A DNA stretch of 64,000 bases from a virus, in the IMG/VR virus record IMGVR_UViG_3300017613_002557, positions 1 to 64,000 of that record. One strand, 5' to 3'. The notes below the pieces were generated by a model. It saw only the letters and a list, made by a program, of their open reading frames with translations. It ran no database searches and had not been told where the DNA came from. Position 1 is the stretch's first letter. The number at the start of each line of letters is the position of its first letter. Below are positions 18,666-26,944 of the stretch, one piece after another. The translations under genes were made by a program, and so were the position numbers.

Positions 18666-20203
18666 TTATTTTAGATATGCGTTACATAGCTCATAAAAAG
18701 GAATATGAGCGCAACCATCACGGCGACAACAACCCCCTTGGCATATTTTTTGGCATCAACAAAAAACTTAAGAGGGATGAAGAAACAATGGAGCATGGTG
18801 TGTGTGTGTTTTACTCACTCGATGCCATTACAGCACGGTTTCCCGATATAGATATTTCGGCACATGAGTTTGAATTGGACGAAGAATTAGAGACGATGAG
18901 CGCCGATGTTGAAAATGATGTCTATGATAGTGATGGGCTGCTCGATATATTCCATTCAAATGAGTATGTGTTTGGCGATATTGCCGCATCACTTATTGCC
19001 GCACATCCGGAAGAAAACCATGTTCTCGTAACCTCAAAAATAAGGGCGTTGCAACTCCTTTCTGACAAGGTATTCCTGTTTACGAATGGGAAGTTTTACG
19101 GTATAAACGACGCACACAACGAATATGGCATCACTGAGTTTCGTGATTTCCGCGTCATGACTGGGGATCGAAAATTTCTTCCTGGCATCAAAGGAATTGG
19201 GGAGAAAGGAGCCATCACATTGCTCCAACAGTACAAATCTCTTTATGGAATCTGTGCGAACGTTGCAAAACTTCCAGCCCGGTATGCGAAAATATTTGCG
19301 GATTTGATGCCAGCTACTTTTCATCAAATAATCTTTGACGGCAACTACCATATAGATGTGCCACTTGTCGAAGACACCACAACTGAGCTTGAAAAAACTG
19401 CTGAGATATTCAGGAATGCTATTGATCTTGGGGCTGGCGAGTCTGTGCTGTCCTTTGATCTTGAAACCACAGGGGCAGATATTGCGAAAGACAGAATCGT
19501 CCAACTACATGCCGTACTGATCTACCCAGACCGTACCGAGTCAATCGAGTATCTGATCAACCCAGACATTCCAATAGCCGCAAGAGCTACGGATGTACAC
19601 GGCATTACAGATGATATGGTGTCAGATGCTCCGACATTTCCAGATGTTGCACTTGAGGTTTTGGAGTTTTTTGAACGCGGCACCTATTGGATGGGATACA
19701 ATTCTAATTCGTTTGATATTCAGATCCTCATGAGAGAGCTTGATCAGGCAAAAAAATGGGGCGCATTCAACAACACAGAAAAAAACTACCAGGACGTTGT
19801 TGAGCAGGCAAAACTTATCGACGTAATCAGGCTAGAGCGGCATATCAACTCCCATAAACTCGAATGTGTCTACAAACGCTATTATGGTCGCCCGCTTGAT
19901 GATGCTCACGATGCTGGTGCAGACAATCTCGGAACAATCAAGGTGCTTGCGGCACAAGTAAAGTCGTCACAGCTTCTTTCAAGCGCACTCAGCGAGCTTT
20001 CTGAATTATCACGAGGTAATTCTGTGGATGTTGCCGGAAAGCTGGAACTAGATCCGTTTTCAAATGAAATCGTGTTTGCGTTTGGTCCCAAAAGAGGTGA
20101 GCCGGTCAAAGATTATCCAGGACTTGTCAAGTGGATGGAAGAAAAGGGGTTTCCACGTGATACGGTACGCATTGCAAAAGAATGTTGTAAGGGAAGAACG
20201 TAA
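18662..20203 (+). CDS. fusion of a PolI-type 5'-3' exonuclease-like (H3TH) domain and a DEDDh 3'-5' exonuclease (DnaQ-like)
   Basis: MTGD..LPGIKGIGEKGAITLLQQYKSL (H3TH); FDLETTG, GYNSNSFD, HDAGAD (DEDDh). Confidence 0.85.
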   Translation: MIILDMRYIAHKKEYERNHHGDNNPLGIFFGINKKLKRDEETMEHGVCVFYSLDAITARFPDIDISAHEFELDEELETMSADVENDVYDSDGLLDIFHSNEYVFGDIAASLIAAHPEENHVLVTSKIRALQLLSDKVFLFTNGKFYGINDAHNEYGITEFRDFRVMTGDRKFLPGIKGIGEKGAITLLQQYKSLYGICANVAKLPARYAKIFADLMPATFHQIIFDGNYHIDVPLVEDTTTELEKTAEIFRNAIDLGAGESVLSFDLETTGADIAKDRIVQLHAVLIYPDRTESIEYLINPDIPIAARATDVHGITDDMVSDAPTFPDVALEVLEFFERGTYWMGYNSNSFDIQILMRELDQAKKWGAFNNTEKNYQDVVEQAKLIDVIRLERHINSHKLECVYKRYYGRPLDDAHDAGADNLGTIKVLAAQVKSSQLLSSALSELSELSRGNSVDVAGKLELDPFSNEIVFAFGPKRGEPVKDYPGLVKWMEEKGFPRDTVRIAKECCKGRT

Positions 20204-20205
20204 TA

Positions 20206-20244
20206 TTTTATCACAACTCACTTGTGACAATAATATTGTTATGC
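20206..20244 (+). mobile_element. attI-like recombination site, copy 1
   Basis: TTTTATCACAACTCACTTGTGACAATAATATT-GTTATGC; 32/39 identical to 31220-31258; ends in a GTT core at the head of an attC-containing array. Confidence 0.6.
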
Positions 20245-20397
20245 GTCTACTCCTAAGCGTGTAAACGGTGACTCAGCCAGAGCATGAGCAGGACGAGTGA
20301 AGGCGATACCCGCAGAGCCACAACGCTGCAAGGAACTGTGCCGAAATCGACACCGTGACAAGCCGGGAGAGACCGGCCTTAGAAGTAGACGCATAAC
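20238..20397 (+). ncRNA. structured RNA unit, C4-antisense-RNA-like, closed by a 20-bp stem
   Basis: GTTATGCGTCTACTCCTAAG (20238-20257) pairs with CTTAGAAGTAGACGCATAAC (20378-20397), one mismatch; 3' GTGACA-AGCCGG-GAGAGA-CCGGC hairpin recalled as the C4 RNA 3' signature. Confidence 0.55.
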
Positions 20398-20406
20398 TGA
20401 AGTGAT

Positions 20407-20589
20407 ATGACAGAGAAAGAATATATTTCAGCCGCAAACCGAGTAAAGGTTTCAGCAGCATTAAAAATCTTATGTGATGTTTTGCCAGGTGACGAATACG
20501 GTATTTCTGATATAGAATTATCTGAAATCACAAGCAGGTTGGCGGTAGCGGAAGACAAGCTCTTTCAGTCTTATGAATGCACCGCATAA
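20407..20589 (+). CDS. small cassette-borne hypothetical protein
   Basis: Stop TAA lies inside the attC R'' box (GCA-TAA-C), as is typical of integron cassettes. Confidence 0.7.
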   Translation: MTEKEYISAANRVKVSAALKILCDVLPGDEYGISDIELSEITSRLAVAEDKLFQSYECTA

Positions 20590-20713
20590 CAATCCATTGC
20601 ACAATGAGCGAAACCGCAGTCTGTAGTTTCGACATTGTGCTTTCGCGAACGGCATGGCGGTTCATCCGGGTTCGTTGCCCGTTCTGTTTCGCCATGTGAA
20701 TGGGGCGTTATGA
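20584..20713 (+). mobile_element. attC site (130 bp)
   Basis: R'' GCATAAC ... R' GTTATGA; CCATT(G)CACA pairs with TGTGAATGG and ATG(A)GCGAAAC with GTTTCGCCAT, giving the expected unpaired bases. Confidence 0.9.
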
Positions 20714-20740
20714 GGCTTTAGTAAATACAAAGGAGTGGCC

Positions 20741-20938
20741 ATGAAGGAATATATATTTTCAGCAGAAGTTACGGTGTCAGCCATTACACGAGTTATGGCA
20801 AATAGTGAAGAAGAGGGACGTGAAATCGTTGAAGGTCGTAATGTTGAAATCGGCGGTTGGGGTTCTGGTGCTAGTGACAAAGAATCATGAGTTATTAAAG
20901 ACGCTGATGGCGAAGCTCAACACATTCATTGTTGCTGA
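20741..20938 (+). pseudogene. small cassette gene interrupted by an in-frame TGA at 20888-20890
   Basis: AAGGAG RBS, MKEYIFSAEVTVSA...SDKES*VIKDADGEAQHIHCC*; the second stop abuts the recA RBS. Confidence 0.5.
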
Positions 20939-20951
20939 GAGGAGGAAGAGT

Positions 20952-21971
20952 TTGAGCGAGAATACTACCGAACTTCGTAATGAACACACAACAAGAAAAG
21001 AACTAGCAACTGAACTTATACGCCGATTCGGACCGTCCGGATGCGTCCACATGAACGGCGTACCACACCCAGTCATTTCAACTGGCTCACACGTGCTGGA
21101 TCAGATGACGGGGATTTACGGAATCCCGGGCGGAAGAATCACGGAGATTTCCGGTGATTTTTCAACCGGCAAGTCAACAATGGCACTTCAGATTATCCGA
21201 TCGGCGCAAGCATCCGGAGGTGCAACCGCGCTGATCAATGCTGAGTATTGTTTTAGTGAACGATACGCAGCACAACTAGGCGTCAACACAAAAGATCTGG
21301 TTTTGCTTGAACCGGAGACGTTTGAGCAGGCGTTTGACATGGCTTATAAACTTATCGCATCTGGTGGGCTTAGTGTGCTGGTTGTTGATTCATTTCCTGC
21401 TCTTCTGCCAAAAGAAGAACAGATTGGCGATATGGGAGATACTGTTAGTATTCATGGAACACTGGCGAGACAAGGCATCTGTAAAATTCTGGCAGCCGCA
21501 AGTAAGAACATGTGCGCTGTGGTGATCGTCAATCAACTCCGATATAGAAATATCGCCAGATGGAATGAAGAACCAAACTGGGTAGAAATTACGCCGGGAG
21601 GAAACGTACTCAAGTTCTTTACCTCTCTAAAAATTAGTCTTAAAACAATACACCAGTCAGATGAAAAACAAGTAATTAGAGCGGCTGTGACAAAAAACAA
21701 TCTCGGTCGGCCGACTGGCGTAGTGATGACGCAGCTAAATTACGGGCATGGCTTTACGAACGGCGATATATTTATTTGTGATCTATGCAGGCAGCACTAT
21801 CTGCCAAGAAGAACCAGGTCACTATTTTCAGGATACTGTAAATGTGGATCTTGCGGAGAATGGTCTGGCGGACATTCGTATTCAAAAGATTTTCTTTCAG
21901 AAACCAAATTAATATTGAGGGAACAGCTTGACATCCTCCCAGGGCTAAAGCACCTGGGATTCCCGATTTAA
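20952..21971 (+). CDS. recA: RecA-family recombinase (divergent) with C-terminal Cys cluster
   Basis: ISTGS..LD...GIPGGRITEISGDFSTGKST, NAE, VVDS, NQLR, TPGGNVLKFF; GAGGAGG RBS with TTG at 20952. Confidence 0.92.
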   Translation: MSENTTELRNEHTTRKELATELIRRFGPSGCVHMNGVPHPVISTGSHVLDQMTGIYGIPGGRITEISGDFSTGKSTMALQIIRSAQASGGATALINAEYCFSERYAAQLGVNTKDLVLLEPETFEQAFDMAYKLIASGGLSVLVVDSFPALLPKEEQIGDMGDTVSIHGTLARQGICKILAAASKNMCAVVIVNQLRYRNIARWNEEPNWVEITPGGNVLKFFTSLKISLKTIHQSDEKQVIRAAVTKNNLGRPTGVVMTQLNYGHGFTNGDIFICDLCRQHYLPRRTRSLFSGYCKCGSCGEWSGGHSYSKDFLSETKLILREQLDILPGLKHLGFPI

Positions 21972-22050
21972 CGGGTGGTTACTACGCAAGAGGCTGCTCC
22001 CGCAGAATCGAAATTCTTTGGAAGTCTGACGCCTTGACCGTAGATTGACG

Positions 22051-22172
22051 CGGTGTGTCTTCTTCTAATGGCAGGATGCTTTCACTGAGCCATCCAGTGC
22101 TCTGTTAAAATATGGGGCGCTGTGGTGCTGGAGTGGGTAATGTGTGCTTCGATACACACAGACACACAGCCA
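22051..22172 (+). ncRNA. tRNA-like RNA with an oversized anticodon arm
   Basis: Acceptor GTGTGTCT/AGACACAC, D arm TTCT-AATGGC-AGGA, T arm GTGTG-CTTCGATA-CACAC, 3' CCA at 22170-22172; ~60-nt hairpin replaces the anticodon arm. Confidence 0.5.
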
Positions 22173-22180
22173 TTGAAACT

Positions 22181-22774
22181 ATGCAAAATTTAATTCCGAT
22201 CACACTGGGCGAAATAATGGAGTTGTGTGATGATGACCCATATCAATTTGACACAACAGAAATGCTTGATGATCGTGGCTATAAGGTCATCACTACATAC
22301 GCAGAGTATATGAGGAATCCAGAGACACTGTGTAACAGCCTCGTCTATGTAACACCTGACACACTTACATGCCTTAGATGTCCAGAGGAACATCAGGCAG
22401 AAACACCTGACACTCACATTGTCCGTATTGAAACGACGTTTCTCGATGAGGATGAGGCTGTCGTCAAAGACAACAAACTTACCATAGCAGCAACAAAATA
22501 TCTTACGCTTGTGCCGATGATACCGTATATGCTTGCAACTGGTGTGTCCATTTCGTATGACGACGACTTGACCGGAATTGCAGTACCAGCAGAAACACTG
22601 GGATTAGAAGATATGGTTATTCTTCGGGCTGATATTCCGAACCATATTGGTCCGATTCGTTTGATCATGATGAATGTGTCAGACAAAACTGTTGTCATTC
22701 CTACAGACACACCGCTTGTGAATATTATTTTTTTGGCTACTTATGAGGTGAAATTTGAACAAGACCATCTTTAG
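22181..22774 (+). CDS. degenerate dUTPase/dCTP-deaminase-fold protein
   Basis: C-terminal IPNHIGPIRLIMMNVSDKTVVIPTDTPLVNIIF matches the trimeric dUTPase pattern; RSG and GxIDxDY motifs absent. Confidence 0.5.
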   Translation: MQNLIPITLGEIMELCDDDPYQFDTTEMLDDRGYKVITTYAEYMRNPETLCNSLVYVTPDTLTCLRCPEEHQAETPDTHIVRIETTFLDEDEAVVKDNKLTIAATKYLTLVPMIPYMLATGVSISYDDDLTGIAVPAETLGLEDMVILRADIPNHIGPIRLIMMNVSDKTVVIPTDTPLVNIIFLATYEVKFEQDHL

Positions 22775-23021
22775 TAAACGAAATTTTATATTTGGCGCAG
22801 TTCTCGGAATTGCCGTGATGTTTGGGGTAGACGTTGGGATTACCGGGTTTTTAATCGGGGCTGTTATGGCAGTCCTTTCGTTATTGGTCGTCAACATACT
22901 GGACATCATGAATTCAATGCTTGCCGTGATACGTGAGCATTCGCAACTACTGGAAGATTTTGCGAACATCATAAGGACGGCGTCTTCTGTTGACACCGAG
23001 GAGGAAAAACCTGATGATTAA
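22755..23021 (+). CDS. small membrane protein (two TM segments)
   Basis: FIFGAVLGIAVMFGV...FLIGAVMAVLSLLVV; GAGGTG RBS. Confidence 0.65.
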   Translation: MNKTIFSKRNFIFGAVLGIAVMFGVDVGITGFLIGAVMAVLSLLVVNILDIMNSMLAVIREHSQLLEDFANIIRTASSVDTEEEKPDD

Positions 23022-23167
23022 GCCATTTTTCTCAACAAAGTTTGGACATATTTATCACGGCGATTGTAGGAAAATCGTGTGTGATCTGCTCTTTCCTGAA
23101 TTCGATCAGTACCACATCATCATGTTAGTTGAAAACATCACAGTATCAGGTCTATACGAGGAATAGA

Positions 23168-23701
23168 ATGGAGAATATTAAAGAACGTGTTCGAGAGATG
23201 TTGAAACAACGGATTGCCGTGTTGGATGTTGAAACGACCGGGCTGAATGCTCGTTATCATAAAATTGTGGAGATTTCGATCATTGGGAAAGGGAAAGTCT
23301 CTCTTCTGTCCACACTTGTCAACCCCTGTGTGCATATATCTGATGATGTTTCTAAGATTCATGGTATCCGTGATCATATGGTCAGGGATGCCCCTAAAAT
23401 GCACGATCTTCTTCCCAAAATACACGAAATCTTAAAGGAAATTGATATTGTATTCGCATACAACGTGCATTTTGACAAAGGGTTTATAGCTGCGGCTGGT
23501 GTGGATACTGATCTTTGCAAGTGGCAATGTGCGAAGAAACTGTTTCAAGAATATCGGCGTGTATTTATGTGGAGAAAGGGCAATATTTCTCTAGGTAATG
23601 CCTGTAGAGAAACAGGCATTACCTTAACAGTGGCACATCGCGCAGAGAATGATACGGCTGTAACCCTGGAACTTCTTGAGTACATGGCGCAAGACCATTA
23701 G
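23168..23701 (+). CDS. DEDDh 3'-5' exonuclease
   Basis: VLDVETTGL, AYNVHFD, AHRAEND. Confidence 0.92.
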   Translation: MENIKERVREMLKQRIAVLDVETTGLNARYHKIVEISIIGKGKVSLLSTLVNPCVHISDDVSKIHGIRDHMVRDAPKMHDLLPKIHEILKEIDIVFAYNVHFDKGFIAAAGVDTDLCKWQCAKKLFQEYRRVFMWRKGNISLGNACRETGITLTVAHRAENDTAVTLELLEYMAQDH

Positions 23702-25473
23702 TTTTTTCTGTGATCAGACAGAACAATCACATCGGCCCCCGTTTCAGGCGGTGCAATAAGGTCCAGCAGAGATTGTTTTGTCTTGTCTGATGCCGCCCCA
23801 CTGTTACGTAAACGGCTTACGGCACTCCTATTAATCTTAGCTCTCCTGGCTAATTCGTTGCCAGTGATACCACCAGTTTGAAGATACTGCTCAACAAGTT
23901 GCTGAAGTTCAGCTTCTTTGCCGAGTGAAACGTCTGGAACGGGCATAATAGCAGGCGTTTCATGTTGCAACGTTTCTTGCAACACTTCTGGAACGGACGT
24001 GCTGTTCCTACTGTCGTTTCGTGGCGTTTCAGTGTTGCATGATGCTGTTTTTGCAACGGCGTTATATGCGGTTTTTAACACTGTGTTGCACGTTAGTGTT
24101 GGTCCGTTTGCCTGTTTCAACGTTTCTGCGGTCGCCAAAATATCATGTTCTGTAATAAGCGGCATCGACACCTTAGACGGATCCATGTCACACGATGTTG
24201 CCAGTAACGCATCTCCAGGGTTTTTAAGTTCCTTAATAAGTTTTCTTTCGGATGCTGACGCATTTTCCATAAGAAAATCTGCCTGTGATGGTTTAGACTT
24301 ATGCACGAGATATGATTGGATGGACTGCCGGAAAGCCGCACTGTTTTTAAAAAATTTTGCCTGCCATTTATGGCATCCGAAAAAGGCAACAACATTGGCT
24401 TTTCGAGTCTCTTCAGTACAGCGTTCCGCGAACGGGACAACGTAGTCTGAAAATGAGGCTGACTTTCCAATCCTGTTCATCTCATCGAACAGAACAAACA
24501 CGAGTGGCTCAGATGGTATGAGCCCAGATAATCGCGCATCTAGAACCGCATTAAGGGCACGCATTAAATGCGGTAAGTCAAACGGATTGATAATCATCAA
24601 ACGCCCCGTTGCTTCCAGGGGTTTCAAGATGTAACCAAGACCTTCATGGTGATTTTTATGTGGATCAACTACGTAGCCAACACTATCAGGATATTGCAGG
24701 AGCAAGGACGATGCAATATACGCGAACGATAATGTTTTGCCACTTCCCTGCCATCCGGCTATAGCCATTGATTTAAGGTCATTAACACTACGATACTGTG
24801 GCTCATTCTTCGAGTATCCAAAACAGAGTGGGTGTCCAGGTGAAATAACTCCAGATTGCACAAGCTCTGAAAACGGTGGTGTGGCGTGTTCGATGTCAAT
24901 AACACCTTCTGTGATGGCCTCAAGATTGTCGTGTCTGATGTGATTCAATTCACGAATGCGCCCAGTGGATAAGGCACGAAGCTGCTGGACACTGTTTTCA
25001 GCTACGAGGCTATAAATTTCCATAGCTTTCTCCGGAGATTTCGCCTCAATCTTTGCGGCAATCGCCATGTCTTTTGCACTTCCTGGCGAGACGTTTTCCA
25101 GATCCTTATAGCGGACGGGAATTTCTGCTTCTGCAAACTTGAAGATGAACACAGAAAGCCGCCGACTGTAGGAAAACCCGATAGATAGGGCAACAATTGA
25201 TCCAGACACAAAAAGAAGGCTGTAGCACGTATATTTGATCGTTCGCCATATCGGAATACTGTGCTCCTTGTCTTCTATGACGGCGATTTCATAGCGGTAC
25301 TTTGCAGCATCGCGTTCTTCACGCAATTGATCGCTGATGGTAAGTTTTCCTGCCGCCCCAAGTGACGGAAAATCAATAGATTTGATTCCAGAAACTATGA
25401 GAACTATGAAGACAGTCAGAAAAAAACCAATAAAAGTGAATGCTCTTTTGTGAGATGTTTTGTCAGGTGTCAT
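23698..25473 (-). CDS. membrane-anchored FtsK/HerA-superfamily ATPase with C-terminal HTH
   Basis: Two N-terminal TM segments, IAGWQGSGKT Walker A, VVDPH, VLFDEMN Walker B, ITGNELARRAKINRSAVSRLR HTH. Confidence 0.8.
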   Translation of the reverse strand: MTPDKTSHKRAFTFIGFFLTVFIVLIVSGIKSIDFPSLGAAGKLTISDQLREERDAAKYRYEIAVIEDKEHSIPIWRTIKYTCYSLLFVSGSIVALSIGFSYSRRLSVFIFKFAEAEIPVRYKDLENVSPGSAKDMAIAAKIEAKSPEKAMEIYSLVAENSVQQLRALSTGRIRELNHIRHDNLEAITEGVIDIEHATPPFSELVQSGVISPGHPLCFGYSKNEPQYRSVNDLKSMAIAGWQGSGKTLSFAYIASSLLLQYPDSVGYVVDPHKNHHEGLGYILKPLEATGRLMIINPFDLPHLMRALNAVLDARLSGLIPSEPLVFVLFDEMNRIGKSASFSDYVVPFAERCTEETRKANVVAFFGCHKWQAKFFKNSAAFRQSIQSYLVHKSKPSQADFLMENASASERKLIKELKNPGDALLATSCDMDPSKVSMPLITEHDILATAETLKQANGPTLTCNTVLKTAYNAVAKTASCNTETPRNDSRNSTSVPEVLQETLQHETPAIMPVPDVSLGKEAELQQLVEQYLQTGGITGNELARRAKINRSAVSRLRNSGAASDKTKQSLLDLIAPPETGADVIVLSDHRKN

Positions 25474-25521
25474 AAATATTTTATGCTTTTACATAGTTGT
25501 TATAGGTGAATTATAAAGTTA

Positions 25522-25713
25522 TTATAATTCTGACACGTTTTTTGCTATATCACCTTGAAGATCAGCATACAATTTTATAACTGCTGCGCTGGCGATCTCT
25601 TTAAGCTTTTTCCCTTTAAAGTCTGTTGCAAACTGAAGTGCTTTAAGTTTTTCGTGTGCCTCTTCGGAAATTGAGATTCCTGGGCGTCTTTTTGCATCAT
25701 CATCTGTTGTCAT
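25522..25713 (-). CDS. small ribbon-helix-helix-like regulator
   Basis: RPGISISEEAHEKLKAL...LKEIASAAV; GGAG RBS. Confidence 0.55.
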   Translation of the reverse strand: MTTDDDAKRRPGISISEEAHEKLKALQFATDFKGKKLKEIASAAVIKLYADLQGDIAKNVSEL

Positions 25714-25830
25714 ATTTTTCTCCATTTTGTAAACTGGTGAATAAAAAGCGAATAATATTTTAATAAAAACCATAATAAACTAAAATTGCAAAGTCTGTCA
25801 ATAAAAAAATGAGTTTTTATAAAAAAACTC

Positions 25831-25859
25831 TTGACATCCTTTTGAAAATATGCAATGAT
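25831..25859 (+). promoter_or_regulatory. Sigma70-type promoter
   Basis: TTGACA-N14-TGC-AATGAT; closely resembles the promoter at 1157. Confidence 0.7.
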
Positions 25860-25916
25860 CATATTATCGTCGAAAGTGTGTAATTGAGTAAATGCTATCC
25901 AAAAAAAGGAGCTATC

Positions 25917-26669
25917 ATGGATTCAGAATGTTTGCATGAAAACATTGGCGTTATACGTCAATGCGGAACACGTGTTCGAGGAGTTCCCTACATCTGCTGC
26001 GGCAAGTCAATTTATGGCCGCCCGATCAGTTACTTTATTAAATGCCCGCCAATAAAAATTCCCTTTAGCTTCAAAAAGCGCGGAATGCTGCTGTTTACAA
26101 AGAAAGATCCCAACACCGGCGAAGACATATATCACATCCTTGATCATGTTGGTATGCAATATCAGGTTGCTGATATGATCGAGGAGGTGAGGGCGCATGG
26201 GTTGTCTCGGAAAACCCATGAAAACTTTCCGTTTGATAAGCTGGATCCGTTCAAAAGCAAAATCTGGCTGTGTCACTCACAAGCGTGGATTCGTAGAATG
26301 ACAGACACATTTGAGACGTGGGAGTGTCAAAAAAAACTTGTGGCCCATATGCCGGATTACATGCGAGAAAATACTCCGGAACTGTGCTGTAGTGGCGGCT
26401 GGTATCAAAACATCCGCGATGCTGTGCCTTATGTGAAAACAGATGTTATCGATCTGTTCCCGCGTCCTGTTGAACGAACATTAGAAGGAGGACATACATA
26501 CATTGGATCAGCATCTCCAGAAGACTGTGAACTTGAGTATAACGAAGCGGTTTTTTTGGTGCTGCCGATTACCAATATTTCGGTCCCTGAATATGGGGCC
26601 GAATCAAGACGGGTTGTTCAAAAAATCAGAGAAAAGTCTGATATTCCAGTTCTCGAAACGGAGGCATAG
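25917..26669 (+). CDS. hypothetical protein (Cys/His-containing)
   Basis: CCAAAAAAAGGAG RBS; 250 aa. Confidence 0.7.
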   Translation: MDSECLHENIGVIRQCGTRVRGVPYICCGKSIYGRPISYFIKCPPIKIPFSFKKRGMLLFTKKDPNTGEDIYHILDHVGMQYQVADMIEEVRAHGLSRKTHENFPFDKLDPFKSKIWLCHSQAWIRRMTDTFETWECQKKLVAHMPDYMRENTPELCCSGGWYQNIRDAVPYVKTDVIDLFPRPVERTLEGGHTYIGSASPEDCELEYNEAVFLVLPITNISVPEYGAESRRVVQKIREKSDIPVLETEA

Positions 26670-26670
26670 T

Positions 26671-26901
26671 ATGTACCAAAACAACACGTTTAAAAGTGAC
26701 TGCATCTATAGCAGACATGCGTCTGTCAATAAATACGGCGAAATAGATCCAACCACTAGAAGAAAAGGATTTTTTATGGAGTGGCATCAATCAAACAACA
26801 GAGTTCGTGCAATTGTGGTTGACGCCGAAACGCAAGCACCTGTTATGGTTGGTTTACGTCAAATTAAGTTCGTGCCTGAAATTAATAACACAGAATCATG
26901 A
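26671..26901 (+). CDS. hypothetical protein
   Basis: GGAGG RBS. Confidence 0.55.
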   Translation: MYQNNTFKSDCIYSRHASVNKYGEIDPTTRRKGFFMEWHQSNNRVRAIVVDAETQAPVMVGLRQIKFVPEINNTES

Positions 26902-26944
26902 AAGTATGTATGTGTTGCATGCACATATATACGATCAATAGATT

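Noticed and set aside
20805-20951. N-terminal extension of RecA given by the ORF track
   Set aside because: Overlaps a better-supported small gene; GAGGAGG with TTG at 20952 is the more plausible start
22051-22172. Canonical tRNA or tmRNA
   Set aside because: No 7-nt anticodon loop can be assigned; too short and lacks a tag reading frame for tmRNA
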